From NCBI GenBank assembly GCA_023254095.1, contig JALNLM010000002.1:32001-96000 (forward strand): DNA of 64,000 nucleotides, in the 5' to 3' direction. This document shows positions 49,827 through 60,358 of this stretch, one piece after another. Positions within the stretch are counted from its first letter, which is position 1. Each line of letters starts with the position of its first letter. Under the pieces are notes generated by a model. The model had not been told where the DNA came from and did not search any database. It saw only the letters and a program-made list of their open reading frames with translations. This DNA is from Candidatus Geocrenenecus huangii. GTDB taxonomy: Archaea; Thermoproteota; Nitrososphaeria_A; Caldarchaeales; Wolframiiraptoraceae. The position numbers and the translations under genes are program-made.

Positions 49827-50002
49827 CTATCTATTATTAATCGCATGCCTGTTTTTGTAGTTTTTGGGTATAGTATATTAGCATGCTAAGATCATCTATT
49901 AGATATCTGGGCGTTCTCAGAAAATACTGTAAGGCCTTCTTTAGAGGGATTTCTCTCTTGTTACTATTGCTTAAATAGATCGAGATCTCTCTTTATTCAG
50001 GA

Positions 50003-50335
50003 ATGAGCGGTACTTCTATTTCTTCAGCAATCTCTACCCTGGAAGATTTTGAGAAAAAGATTGACGAGATACTTTCAAGAAGTGAAGATTTCAAGAAAAA
50101 GATCTTGGAGGTAGCTGAAGAAGAATCTAGGAGGATCCGGGAGAAGGTGATCTCGGAGGTTAGAGCCGAACTAGAGAACTTCTTGAAGAGTGTCGAGAGC
50201 GAAGTTCAGAGGGAAGCTGAACAGTTATTGAGGAAGGGAGATGAGGAAGCTAAGAAGATCAAGGAAAGATTCCATGAGAGATTCGATGAAATAGTGAATC
50301 ATGTCTTGAATTTGGTACTTGAAGGAGAGAAATAA
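50003..50335 (+). CDS. A/V-type ATP synthase peripheral stalk subunit H/G-like coiled-coil protein
   Basis: Highly charged helical protein directly upstream of the subunit C gene. Confidence 0.65.
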   Translation: MSGTSISSAISTLEDFEKKIDEILSRSEDFKKKILEVAEEESRRIREKVISEVRAELENFLKSVESEVQREAEQLLRKGDEEAKKIKERFHERFDEIVNHVLNLVLEGEK

Positions 50336-51398
50336 TATGTCTGCTATAAATCTTGGAAGCCTCTATCCCGTGGTTCGTTCATACGCTTTGAAAGGAATGC
50401 TTCTCGAATATTCTGTGTATGAAGATCTAGCGAACTCTAAAAGTCTAGGAGAATTGGTTGATAAGCTGAGACCTACAGTATACGGCAACGTGTTAACGGA
50501 ACTTCCTAAACCATTAACTTCTGAGAATCTTGAAAAAATTTTTCAAACAAATCTGATAGAGGTAGAATATTCTCTAATAAGATATATTCCTAAAGCAATA
50601 TTCCTCAAAACATATTTCCTTAGACATGTTTATAGAAATCTTAAGACTATCTTGAAAGCTAGGGCTTTAGGAATACCATACGAGGAAGTATCTCCGAAAA
50701 TGAATCTTAGAGCTGAAGAACATCTCAAGATAAGAGATCTAGTTGTAAAAGCATTGGTTGAGAAAGACTTGGAAACAACTATAGAGAGTCTTAAGGGAAC
50801 GCAAATGTATCCAGATCTTAAAGGCGCACTAGAAGTTTATGAAAAAGAGAAAGACCCATTAATATTCGAGACATCTCTAGATAGGTCATTTTATGAGCAG
50901 TTATTAAGAGCGTTAAAGAAGACTAAAAGAGATGAGAGAAACCAGCTACTTCTTCTCTTAGTATACGAGATAGATGGATATATTCTAACCGCGGCTTTAA
51001 GGTCTAGGCTATGGAATCTTACGCCAGCTGAAACTAGAAAATTTATGTTATCTTCTGGAATTAAGTTCAGTAATAGGAAGATCGAGAAGGTAATCCATGC
51101 CACGAATATAGAAGAGGTTCTAAAAGAGTTAGAAGATACATACTATGAAGATTTGTTGAAAATAGTCGATCTATCCCGACCGTTAGAGACGATTAACTCG
51201 ATAGACTCATGGTTTAAAGAGGAAGCTGTAAAGAACGCTAGGAGAGCATTTCTACAAAGCGTATTCAAACTGGCGATAGTATACTCATTCATAAAACTGA
51301 AAGAGGTGGAAGTCAGGAATTTAACATCGATAGCTTTTGGAGTAGAGTATGGGCTGACGCCTTCCGAGATTCTGGAACCCCTCAGAAAAGTTATCTAG
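50319..51398 (+). CDS. atpC: A/V-type ATP synthase subunit C
   Basis: NLKTILKAR, EIDGY, KEVEVRNLTSIAFG; size and context. Confidence 0.82.
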   Translation: MKERNNMSAINLGSLYPVVRSYALKGMLLEYSVYEDLANSKSLGELVDKLRPTVYGNVLTELPKPLTSENLEKIFQTNLIEVEYSLIRYIPKAIFLKTYFLRHVYRNLKTILKARALGIPYEEVSPKMNLRAEEHLKIRDLVVKALVEKDLETTIESLKGTQMYPDLKGALEVYEKEKDPLIFETSLDRSFYEQLLRALKKTKRDERNQLLLLLVYEIDGYILTAALRSRLWNLTPAETRKFMLSSGIKFSNRKIEKVIHATNIEEVLKELEDTYYEDLLKIVDLSRPLETINSIDSWFKEEAVKNARRAFLQSVFKLAIVYSFIKLKEVEVRNLTSIAFGVEYGLTPSEILEPLRKVI

Positions 51399-51422
51399 TA
51401 TTAGCATTATGCAAACCGGTCT

Positions 51423-51644
51423 ATGAGGAAACGAGTCTACAAAGTCGTTTTATGTAAGAATTGTGGCCACATCCAGATAACCTACGCGGAAAACAGCTAC
51501 CAATGTTTTAGATGTGGGACGATAATGGAATTGGAGAGCAGTAAAATAATCTTCAGAACTCTTGATTTGAAGAAGGCAAAAGAGAAGCTCATTGATCTAA
51601 AATCTATAAAACAACCAGAATTCAAGAAATTGAGTGGTCGTTAA
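51423..51644 (+). CDS. Small Zn-ribbon protein (DUF1922-like)
   Basis: CKNCG...CFRCG. Confidence 0.65.
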   Translation: MRKRVYKVVLCKNCGHIQITYAENSYQCFRCGTIMELESSKIIFRTLDLKKAKEKLIDLKSIKQPEFKKLSGR

Positions 51645-51732
51645 TGATCTAGGGGTCTCATCCGAATATATTTGAGAGTGATGTAAAGTAAAACTTTTTG
51701 TTTTTCCAGAGATCGTTATTATAGGAGATTTC

Positions 51733-52572
51733 ATGTTGCTAGGTGCGCATGTCTCGATATCTGGAACAATAGATAAGGCTGTCGATAGAGCACGAGAACT
51801 GGGTTGTAATACTTTCCAGGTATTTACTAGAAACCCGAGAGGATGGAAAGCCAAGAAACTTAGTGATGAAGAGATTGAAGAATTCAAAAGAAAGATGGAA
51901 GAATACAATTTTAGAGTCGCAGTCTCACATATGCCCTATCTTCCAAATATTTCTTCTCCCATTCAGCAAACATTCAAGAAATCTGTTTCATCCTTGATAC
52001 AAGAGCTTGAGAGAACCGGAGCGCTTGGGTTAAAATATCTAGTCGTACATATTGGAAGCCACCTAGGTAAGGGTCTTGATAACGGAATTAAGAAAGCGGC
52101 GGAAGCAGTTAATACAGCTCTCAACAAAGTAGATAACAACGTAATGATATTGCTGGAAAATATGGCTGGACAGAAAAACAGCGTAGGCTCAAGATTTGAA
52201 GATATTAAGAGAATACTAAATTTGATAGCGTATCCAGACCGGGTCGGAGTATGCATGGATACCTGTCATGCTTTCGCAGCAGGATACGATTTCAGGACTG
52301 GAGATGCGATAGAGAATACTCTCAGAGATTTTGACGAGATCATAGGCTTAAAATTACTGAAAGTCGTACACATTAATGATTCTAAAGGAGACCTTGGAAG
52401 CCATCTAGATAGGCATGAACACATAGGGTTGGGGAAGATAGGTGATAAAGGTTTTAGAGAATTATTCCATAACCCTCATATTAGAGAGCTACCGTTGATT
52501 CTGGAGACCCCGGTAGATTCTAGAGGAAATTTTGCAACAAATCTAGCTAAGTGTAGAGAGCTTTATCTCTAA
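51733..52572 (+). CDS. nfo: Endonuclease IV (AP endonuclease)
   Basis: GAHVS, HMPYL, LENMAG, DTCHAFAAG, HINDSK, DRHEHIG, ILETP. Confidence 0.95.
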   Translation: MLLGAHVSISGTIDKAVDRARELGCNTFQVFTRNPRGWKAKKLSDEEIEEFKRKMEEYNFRVAVSHMPYLPNISSPIQQTFKKSVSSLIQELERTGALGLKYLVVHIGSHLGKGLDNGIKKAAEAVNTALNKVDNNVMILLENMAGQKNSVGSRFEDIKRILNLIAYPDRVGVCMDTCHAFAAGYDFRTGDAIENTLRDFDEIIGLKLLKVVHINDSKGDLGSHLDRHEHIGLGKIGDKGFRELFHNPHIRELPLILETPVDSRGNFATNLAKCRELYL

Positions 52573-52586
52573 AGCAGTGTATTGAC

Positions 52587-53024
52587 ATGATAACTCTTTC
52601 AAGATTCATCTCGAAGATACTGAAGCGGTTATTTTCTGCGGAATTTATCAAATTCAACATTGTTGGCGCAATAGGGGTCATCGTCAACATGTGTTCATAT
52701 ATTTTGTTTAAGGACTGGCTTCTAGTACACTACATGGTTGCTGGAGCACTAGCTACAGAAATCTCGATAATCAACAATTTCATTCTTAACGATATATGGA
52801 CTTTCAAGAATAGGAACCCGAAAATGGGTTTATTGTTGAGGGCGGGGGTATTCCATCTCTCACGTCTCTTCGGAATGGGCGTAACTCTCGGATCACTGTA
52901 TGTTCTGGTAGACCTACTCAAGCTGAATGATCTTTTAGCCTACTTTATCAGTACAGGTTTAGGCGTTTTAGCCAACTTCTATACTAGCGATGTGTATGTT
53001 TGGTCTCAGGAGAAGCCGGTCTAG
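52587..53024 (+). CDS. GtrA family membrane protein
   Basis: KFNIVG, NNFILNDIWTF, four TM helices. Confidence 0.85.
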   Translation: MITLSRFISKILKRLFSAEFIKFNIVGAIGVIVNMCSYILFKDWLLVHYMVAGALATEISIINNFILNDIWTFKNRNPKMGLLLRAGVFHLSRLFGMGVTLGSLYVLVDLLKLNDLLAYFISTGLGVLANFYTSDVYVWSQEKPV

Positions 53025-53592
53025 CCACCTGCACCCTCTTAATCGTTGACGTTAAAGTATTTAGTATCCCTAGTTTATCAAGCGTCAGAATTACTATATA
53101 TCCTATTATTGAGCCTGGTATTGAACTGGCAGCCCAACCTGCCCAGAAGATAGGAAGCACGGCTAGAATACCTTGCTTTTCGATCAATCCGACAAGTCTT
53201 ACGTCACCTATCAGAGGAGCTAGGATAAGTAGTGAAAATGTCCCACCTATCAAGACTGTGCCTACTGGTTCAAGGAAAGCTATAGAATATTTTATGAATC
53301 TATTCTTTACATTTTTAGTAAGCCTATATCCTAGTCCTACAAGTACTGCTCCAGGTATTCCTCCTGGGAAAGCATATAATGTTCCTATTCCAAGCATGTT
53401 CCTCATCGTTCCAATTAGTATTGCTGCGACAGCGCCCCACCATGGTCCAATTGTTATGCCGCTTAATACATTTATGAAATGTTGTGTAGGGTATGCCTTC
53501 GTCGTTATGAACTGAAACCACAGGAATGGTGACAGGGATACTCCTAGCGCAGCATAGATAGCTAATAAAGATATCTTCTTGCTTTCGACCAT
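52984..53592 (-). CDS. thiW: ECF transporter S-component ThiW (thiazole)
   Basis: PTQHFINV, RNMLGIGT.YAFPGG, EPVGT. Confidence 0.9.
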   Translation of the reverse strand: MVESKKISLLAIYAALGVSLSPFLWFQFITTKAYPTQHFINVLSGITIGPWWGAVAAILIGTMRNMLGIGTLYAFPGGIPGAVLVGLGYRLTKNVKNRFIKYSIAFLEPVGTVLIGGTFSLLILAPLIGDVRLVGLIEKQGILAVLPIFWAGWAASSIPGSIIGYIVILTLDKLGILNTLTSTIKRVQVARPASPETKHTHR

Positions 53593-53801
53593 TCCATTAA
53601 TGCGGATGGTTAGACATCCTTATAAGTTATAATATAAGCAGCTTATTCCCTTATTTTAATTCTCTTAATGATAATTCGCGAAAATAGTTTAATTCCTAAT
53701 AATTTCTAGAATGTTCTCCGCATCAATTTAACACATCGGCTATATACAATACTCCATAGTAAGATTCTTAGTGTAGCCAGGCCTACTAGTAAGTTGAGGG
53801 A

Positions 53802-55127
53802 ATGTATAAAAAGAAAGTAATAATAATGGGTGCAGCGGGAAGAGATTTTCACAACTTCAATATGTACTTTAGGGATAACCCGCTATACGAGGTGGTTGCT
53901 TTTACTTCTGCTCAGATACCTGGATTGAGTGGTAGAATGTACCCGCCTGAGCTCGCTGGAGATAGATATCCTAACGGCATACCGATATATCCTGAAGAAA
54001 TGCTCTCAGAGTTGATAAAGAAATACGATGTAGATCTAGTCGTTCTATCTTATAGTGATTTAACACATGAAGATGTAATGCATAAAGCTTCCCGGGTCTT
54101 GGCTGCAGGAGCAGACTTCATGCTTCTCGGCACAAAGAGTACTATGATTAAGCCAAAGATACCTGTGATAGCAGTAACAGCCGTGAGAACTGGTGCAGGT
54201 AAAAGTACAGTGACGAGGAGATTGGCATCCATACTGAAGAAACATAACGTGAAATTTAACATTGTTAGGCACCCTATGCCCTATAGCAGGATGTTAAAGT
54301 ACAGAGTACAGAAATTCTGCTCATTCGAGGACCTTGACCGATATGAATGTACTATTGAAGAAAGAGAAGAATATGAGCCGCATATAGAGATGGGGAACAC
54401 AGTTTACGCAGGAGTAGACTACATGGAAGTTTTAAGAGAAGCATCGAGAGACGTTGATATAATTTTATGGGATGGGGGAAATAACGATTTTCCATTCTTT
54501 AAGCCGGCACTGTATATCGCGGTTGCAGACGCTCTTAGACCAGGTCAAGAAATCTCAACCTATCCGGGAGAAGTAAATGTTAGAATGGCCGACGTCATAA
54601 TAATAAATAAAATAGATTCAGCATCTCAGGAAAACATAATGAGGATCGAGGAAAACGTTAGGAGAATAAATAACTCTGCATTGATAATCAAAGCATCTTC
54701 CAAGCTCTATGTATCTAATCCTGAAGCTATAAGAGGGAAGAGGGTTCTCGTAATCGAAGATGGCCCAACCGTGACCCATGGAGGCATGAGCTACTCTATA
54801 GGATTAATTGCTGCAAAGATGTATGATGCTAGAGAAGTTGTCGACCCGAGAGATTACGCAGTGGGATCTATAAGAGAGGTCTACCAAGTGTACAACCATT
54901 TAGGCCCTGTTCTCCCAGCGATGGGATATACGAAGGAGCAGATTAGAGAACTTCAAGAAACAGTCAATAATATTAGCTGTGATCTTGTCGTACTCGGCAC
55001 ACCGATAGACCTTGGAAGATTGATAAGGTTTGAGAAGCCGTATGTTAAGGTTAGATATGAACTCATAGAGGTAGGTAAGCCAGACCTCGAAGATATCTTT
55101 AGACAATATGGAATATTGAAGAGCTGA
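53802..55127 (+). CDS. COG2403 P-loop enzyme (arginine synthetase ArcE / cyclic 2,3-diphosphoglycerate synthetase-like)
   Basis: MGAAGRDFHNFN, AVRTGAGKS, RHPMPY, IEEREEYE, WDGGNND, EDGPT.THG. Confidence 0.82.
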   Translation: MYKKKVIIMGAAGRDFHNFNMYFRDNPLYEVVAFTSAQIPGLSGRMYPPELAGDRYPNGIPIYPEEMLSELIKKYDVDLVVLSYSDLTHEDVMHKASRVLAAGADFMLLGTKSTMIKPKIPVIAVTAVRTGAGKSTVTRRLASILKKHNVKFNIVRHPMPYSRMLKYRVQKFCSFEDLDRYECTIEEREEYEPHIEMGNTVYAGVDYMEVLREASRDVDIILWDGGNNDFPFFKPALYIAVADALRPGQEISTYPGEVNVRMADVIIINKIDSASQENIMRIEENVRRINNSALIIKASSKLYVSNPEAIRGKRVLVIEDGPTVTHGGMSYSIGLIAAKMYDAREVVDPRDYAVGSIREVYQVYNHLGPVLPAMGYTKEQIRELQETVNNISCDLVVLGTPIDLGRLIRFEKPYVKVRYELIEVGKPDLEDIFRQYGILKS

Positions 55128-55133
55128 AGATTC

Positions 55134-55673
55134 TTGAAGGAATTCCTCGGGAAAAAGACTCTACTTGTGGGAGACGTCGGTTCAGGTAAAACATCCTTTC
55201 TCGCAGAATTCTTGAAATACTTAATAGAGAACAATTATTCAGATGATGTAACGGTAATCGACATAGCTCCAGCAAGGATTCAGGGGATAGGAGGAGCAAT
55301 AAGAGATTATACAGATTATGTCTCAAGAATAAGATATCTTAGATCGGAGAGAATTTGGGCTCCCAGATTGATTGGGAAGAATAGAGAAGAAGTTTTAAGA
55401 TATGCTGAGGAGAACAGAACGAACATCGAGCCTCTAATCGACGTCTACTTGTCTAATCCTAGTAGAATACTCCTAATGAATGATTTAACAATCTATCTGC
55501 ATGCAGGTGATGTTGAAAGAGTCCTCGAATTGATGAATACAGCAGAAACCTTTATGGCCACAGCATACGAAGGCATAAGACTTGAAGAGGATAAGAACAG
55601 TGGCATAACCGAGAGGGAGAGAAGACTGCTAAATATCTTGAAAGAAAAAGCAGACATCGTTAAGAAATTCTAG
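55134..55673 (+). CDS. Small P-loop NTPase of unknown function
   Basis: GDVGSGKT Walker A; 6 nt downstream of the COG2403 gene. Confidence 0.7.
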   Translation: MKEFLGKKTLLVGDVGSGKTSFLAEFLKYLIENNYSDDVTVIDIAPARIQGIGGAIRDYTDYVSRIRYLRSERIWAPRLIGKNREEVLRYAEENRTNIEPLIDVYLSNPSRILLMNDLTIYLHAGDVERVLELMNTAETFMATAYEGIRLEEDKNSGITERERRLLNILKEKADIVKKF

Positions 55674-55728
55674 CATGGCTTGACAAAATAGAGATATATT
55701 AAAGATGATGGATTATCTATGATAGAGT

Positions 55729-57087
55729 ATGAAGATCCCTAAAGCCTTAACTATTGCTGGCTCAGACTCCGGTGGAGGAGCAGGTATTCAGGCAGACTTA
55801 AAGACTTTCGCAGCCTTAGGCGTTCACGGCATGTCTGCCATAACAGCTATAACAGCTCAGAATACGAAGACGGTAACCATGATCCATGACGTCCCAGTCG
55901 AGATGGTCCGTGAACAGATTAGAGTTATAGTTGAAGATATAGGGGTAGACGCGGTGAAGACAGGGATGCTTCATACCATGGAGATCATTTCGGCTGTTGC
56001 AGATGAACTGCAGAAGATTGATGTTCCAATAGTGGTGGATCCTGTAATGGTTGCGAAGAGCGGCGCAAGATTGTTAAGAGAAGATGCGGTGAATACTCTA
56101 ACCAGAAAGTTGGTTCCTCTAGCCACTGTCATAACGCCTAATGCTAGGGAAGCCGAGGTGTTGGCTGGGTTCGAGATTAGAGATATTGAGGACCAGAAGA
56201 AGGCGGCTAAAGCGATTGCATCTATAGGTCCAAGAGCCGTAGTTGTTAAAGGAGGCCACATGGAAGGAGATAAGACCGTGGACGTACTGTATTATCGTGG
56301 AGAATTCGAGTTCTTTACAGGAAGCCGCATCGTTACCAAGAATACGCATGGGACTGGATGTACATTTGCTTCAGCTATAGCTGCGCAGCTTGCCAAGGGA
56401 TACAGCATACTTGAAGCCGTTAGAACAGCTAAAGAATTTGTTTTAGATGCTATCAAGTATGGTCTACCTATAGGTGGAGGTCATGGCCCCGTAAATCCAA
56501 CTCGTAGGATCGTTAAAGAAGCTCGGAAGTTTAGAGTTTTGGAAAATTTGAGAAAAGCGGTAGAAGTAATAGAGAAGTCTGATTGGGTAAGCATGTTTAT
56601 ACCTGAATCGCAAAGTAATATCGTAATGGCGATAGAAGATCCAGAGAGCATAGAAGATGTTGCAGGGATACCCGGTAGGATCGTTAAGATAAACGGCAGG
56701 GTCAAGGCGTCTTCACATCCATGGTTTAATTCTTCACGTCACGTAGCTTCAGCCGTCTTAACTTTGATGAAGCATAATCCAAGCATTAGATCTGCAATGA
56801 ACATAAAATATGATGATAGTATTATCTCTGCTGCAAGAGAACTTGGGTACGTTATAGGCAATTATGATAGACGAGAGGAACCCCAAGAAGTCAAGAAAGT
56901 TGAAGGCATGACGGTGCCTTGGGGGATTGAGACGGCTTTAAAGAAGATTGGATGGAAGACGCCCGACCTAATATACCATAGGGGAGACTGGGGGAAGGAA
57001 CCGATGATAATAGTATTCGGAGAAGACCCGTTGAAAGTCATCGAGAAGATAGAGAATATAGCTAAAAAGATCGAAAAGAAGATCTAG
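55729..57087 (+). CDS. thiD: Bifunctional HMP/HMP-P kinase and thiamine phosphate synthase (ThiD-ThiN)
   Basis: AGSDSGGGAGIQADLK, HGTGC, ThiN domain (IPESQSN, SRHVA, GKEPM). Confidence 0.93.
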   Translation: MKIPKALTIAGSDSGGGAGIQADLKTFAALGVHGMSAITAITAQNTKTVTMIHDVPVEMVREQIRVIVEDIGVDAVKTGMLHTMEIISAVADELQKIDVPIVVDPVMVAKSGARLLREDAVNTLTRKLVPLATVITPNAREAEVLAGFEIRDIEDQKKAAKAIASIGPRAVVVKGGHMEGDKTVDVLYYRGEFEFFTGSRIVTKNTHGTGCTFASAIAAQLAKGYSILEAVRTAKEFVLDAIKYGLPIGGGHGPVNPTRRIVKEARKFRVLENLRKAVEVIEKSDWVSMFIPESQSNIVMAIEDPESIEDVAGIPGRIVKINGRVKASSHPWFNSSRHVASAVLTLMKHNPSIRSAMNIKYDDSIISAARELGYVIGNYDRREEPQEVKKVEGMTVPWGIETALKKIGWKTPDLIYHRGDWGKEPMIIVFGEDPLKVIEKIENIAKKIEKKI

Positions 57088-57158
57088 TATGCCGCTTCTA
57101 CGAAGCAAGAGGCTAGATCTAAGTTAATTTTCTCTACTTTTTCGCTGCCTACCCCACA

Positions 57159-58679
57159 TCACCTAGGTAGTGCCTCAAGATTTACTTCAAGCCTTCTCGC
57201 TAACTTCAGTATCTTATTCTGACATTTTCTAAGATAGGTTCTATAGTATCTTTCAGGGATATAGATTCTCACCGTATCTCCATCTTCCTCAACCCTAAAT
57301 TCTGGAAGATACTTGCGTAGAAAACTGCTTATCTGTCTAGTAGGCGTGCTGACTTCTTCCCCGAACTTCTTCACAGGTACTACGAATGTTCTCTCACCGA
57401 AGACATATAATTCGTATTTTGGCTCTCCTGATAAGAAGTCTTTAACGATAACCGTCGGTCTTGCAAGATCTGCCTTCTTTAGACCTGCGGGCACCTTCAC
57501 CGTCATCTCGAGAGTGTATATCTCTGCCACTTCTCCTTTATCCATGAAGATTACAGTATCTATGATGGATGGTAAGACTCCTACATCTACTTTGTTAGCG
57601 ATTCTTTGTATAGCATCTATAGGTGTGGTTGCATGGATTACTCCAACCATCCCTATTCCTGCAAACCTTAAGTCTATGAAGAGGTCAAAGTCTTCCGTGC
57701 TCCTAATCTCATCAAAGATCGTGTAATCTGGTCTACTGAGTAAGAGCACGTCATGTAGTTCATCTTCTCTAGAAGCAGACTTGGAATACTGGGTAATATC
57801 TGGGGAGACGTGAAGATCCCTCGGACTCTCAATAGTCTTGACAATCTTACTCATCTGCCTATAGTGTTCAGCGAGAGATTGCGCGAAAGTTGATTTACCC
57901 ATTCCAGGTGGTCCAGCTATTAGTATTCCTTCAGCATGGTTTTCAAGTCTCTCGACTACTTCTGGAGGCAGTCGATAGTCTCTTAAGTTCTTTCTAAGAA
58001 TAGGTCTAACGATTGTAATCTCGAATCCATCCGAGAAAGGTGGTCTAGTAGCGACTACCCTATAATCTCTAAGCTGGAAAATCTTTACACCCGGTTTATC
58101 GACTTCTAGGAAAGCATTTACCCCAAAGGATGTATAGGCTTCTTTCATCAAGTGGGCTATAAGCAGTTCTAGTTCTTCACGGTTCATAGGCTTATCAGAT
58201 ACTTCTTGAAGTCTCCACCTACCTGGAACCCCTCTCTTAACCCTCGGGGGTAACCCCTCTTTTAAATGGACGCTCATAATGTCTTCAGAAAACAGATCAT
58301 CTATCTTGAAGGGAGGCGGAGGTAGCTCATATACTACTCTTACACCTATTGATTCTGCTAATTTAGCAGTCGTGGGGTCGCAGGTAACCAAGTTCGCATT
58401 CAGCTTCTTTGCTTCATCGATTATGCTCAACCTAATATTCTCGACGTCGTCTCCGAGTCTTCCACCATATATTATCTCGACACCTCGGCTTCTACAAACC
58501 TCTTCTAATTCTTCCAACCCGCTTATAGCTAGAGTATCTCCTTCAGATGCTTGCTTCTCTATATCCATCAATACTATTCTATGGATTACTAACCTTCCTT
58601 TAAGCAACCCCTCTCTCACTAGATGTGATGCTGACTTAAGCATGATAGCTGAAAGATCTATTAGCGATACTTCGTCCAT
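57159..58679 (-). CDS. PINA-like ATPase (PIN domain, P-loop ATPase, KH-like tail)
   Basis: MSVHLKEG, RPPFSDG.EIT, GPPGMGKSTFAQ, RPDYTIFDE. Confidence 0.88.
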   Translation of the reverse strand: MDEVSLIDLSAIMLKSASHLVREGLLKGRLVIHRIVLMDIEKQASEGDTLAISGLEELEEVCRSRGVEIIYGGRLGDDVENIRLSIIDEAKKLNANLVTCDPTTAKLAESIGVRVVYELPPPPFKIDDLFSEDIMSVHLKEGLPPRVKRGVPGRWRLQEVSDKPMNREELELLIAHLMKEAYTSFGVNAFLEVDKPGVKIFQLRDYRVVATRPPFSDGFEITIVRPILRKNLRDYRLPPEVVERLENHAEGILIAGPPGMGKSTFAQSLAEHYRQMSKIVKTIESPRDLHVSPDITQYSKSASREDELHDVLLLSRPDYTIFDEIRSTEDFDLFIDLRFAGIGMVGVIHATTPIDAIQRIANKVDVGVLPSIIDTVIFMDKGEVAEIYTLEMTVKVPAGLKKADLARPTVIVKDFLSGEPKYELYVFGERTFVVPVKKFGEEVSTPTRQISSFLRKYLPEFRVEEDGDTVRIYIPERYYRTYLRKCQNKILKLARRLEVNLEALPR

Positions 58680-58806
58680 CTATTATTCGACCGTTCTTCC
58701 TATCTTACCCATCATGCGCTACCTAATAAATTCCACCGTCTCATTTGAGCCAACTTTCTACAAACATGTCAAGAACAATTATAAGATTATAAGATAAGTA
58801 GAGGGC

Positions 58807-59085
58807 TCAGCTTCTAGTCTTTTCGATCCTATACTTAACGATGAATTTATCATCTTCAACTTGCTCATATTTTTCTAGAGTAGCTTTATACTCATCTGTT
58901 ACCCTCTCCAATTCATAGACGAAATCTTCTAGATAATCCGTGAAACCACATGTATAGCATAGTTTACCGGAAATCTCCAGTGCTAGCTCAGCACCATCTA
59001 TCTTCAGGATCCTAGCTTTCGCTACCGCCCCTCTATACTTATTATATTCTTTAACTGTTTCCTTAACGACCCGATCCATCTTCAT
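58807..59085 (-). CDS. Small hypothetical protein with a CxxC motif
   Basis: EYNKYRG...SGKLCYTCGFTDYLEDF. Confidence 0.7.
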   Translation of the reverse strand: MKMDRVVKETVKEYNKYRGAVAKARILKIDGAELALEISGKLCYTCGFTDYLEDFVYELERVTDEYKATLEKYEQVEDDKFIVKYRIEKTRS

Positions 59086-59135
59086 ATCTCCAGGATAGCT
59101 GAAAATTCAACTTTTTAAGTTTTCCCTATAACATT

Positions 59136-60197
59136 ATGAAGAGAGAATTGGAAGAAAGGATGGCGGTTAAGATAGAGAAGTCTAGGGCTGAAGAAGTGAG
59201 AAGGAGGCTAACACAATTAGAGATTATGGATAACGATTTCAAACCGAAGATAGATGGAGACTACGTTTACTTTCCACTTAAAAAAGTGAGCAGACTCGAT
59301 CTTCTAACTAGAGACTATCCAATAGAAATTGTTCAAGCCTTCTTCGAAAGACGTTGGAAGAAGCCTAGAAGTCTTAGAGAAGCCCTGCAAAACATTCTCC
59401 CAGAAGAGCTCCTTCGATATATCCCTTCGTCTATTGACCTAGTTGGAGATATAGCCATAATCCAGATACCTAGAGAACTTGAAGATTATAGTGGAGAGAT
59501 TGGGAGAGCGGTTATGGAGATCTATCCACGTGTTAAGACTGTTCTCTCAAAGCAGGGTGAAACGGTTGGGGAATACAGGATAAGGATGTTTAAGATTATT
59601 GGAGGCGGACCGGATACTGAGACTATTCATAGAGAACATGGATGCATTTATAAGCTAGACTTGATGAGAGCGTTCTTCAATCCTAGAATGAGTGGAGAAA
59701 GATTGAGAATTGCGCAACAGGTTAGAGATGGTGAGAACGTCTTAGACATGTTTGCAGGAGTAGGCCCCTTCTCAATCCTGATAGCAAAGCGGAATCCGAC
59801 GGTGAAAATTATAGCTACAGAGGTAAACCCTGAAGCATACAGATATCTTTCAACAAACATAGTACTAAACAAAGTTGAAGATAGAGTTAGAGCTATTCAT
59901 GGAGATGTGAGAACGGTACTGAAGAATATCAACGTGAACTTTGATAGGATAATCATGGACCTCCCGTATAGCTCTCTCGATTACCTAGACTTTGCATTGA
60001 GTAGATTAAAAGAGAAGGGGGTAGTGAATATGTATCTCGTTGAAGGAGGGGTGGACTCTGTGAAGAAGGCTCATGACAAGGTAACAGAGCTAGCTGGAAA
60101 ACTAGGATATAAAATAGTAATAGCTTATTCTCGTCAAGTACTTGAAGTTGCACCCCTAAAATCTATTATAGCGTTAGACCTGACAAAGAGAAGTTAA
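59136..60197 (+). CDS. trm5: Trm5/Taw22-family tRNA (G37) methyltransferase
   Basis: GDIAII, ETIHREHG, FFNPRM..ER, DMFAGVGPF, IMDLP. Confidence 0.88.
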   Translation: MKRELEERMAVKIEKSRAEEVRRRLTQLEIMDNDFKPKIDGDYVYFPLKKVSRLDLLTRDYPIEIVQAFFERRWKKPRSLREALQNILPEELLRYIPSSIDLVGDIAIIQIPRELEDYSGEIGRAVMEIYPRVKTVLSKQGETVGEYRIRMFKIIGGGPDTETIHREHGCIYKLDLMRAFFNPRMSGERLRIAQQVRDGENVLDMFAGVGPFSILIAKRNPTVKIIATEVNPEAYRYLSTNIVLNKVEDRVRAIHGDVRTVLKNINVNFDRIIMDLPYSSLDYLDFALSRLKEKGVVNMYLVEGGVDSVKKAHDKVTELAGKLGYKIVIAYSRQVLEVAPLKSIIALDLTKRS

Positions 60198-60358
60198 ATG
60201 TGAGGGAACTTGTCTGACTCAACCTTGTACATAGGATAATCTCGTATCAACATCTTCTAAGCCTTATTCGACGAAGTCTTCTTGATGAGAAGATTCTATC
60301 GAAGATAATGATTTATACACCTCGTAGTCTCTATACATTTTGGAGAGTTGAGAGGTAG

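Noticed and set aside
53619-53632. TTATAAGTTATAA near-palindrome upstream of thiW as a ThiR operator
   Set aside because: Cannot be distinguished from overlapping TATA boxes in an AT-rich divergent promoter; no matching copy recognised upstream of thiD
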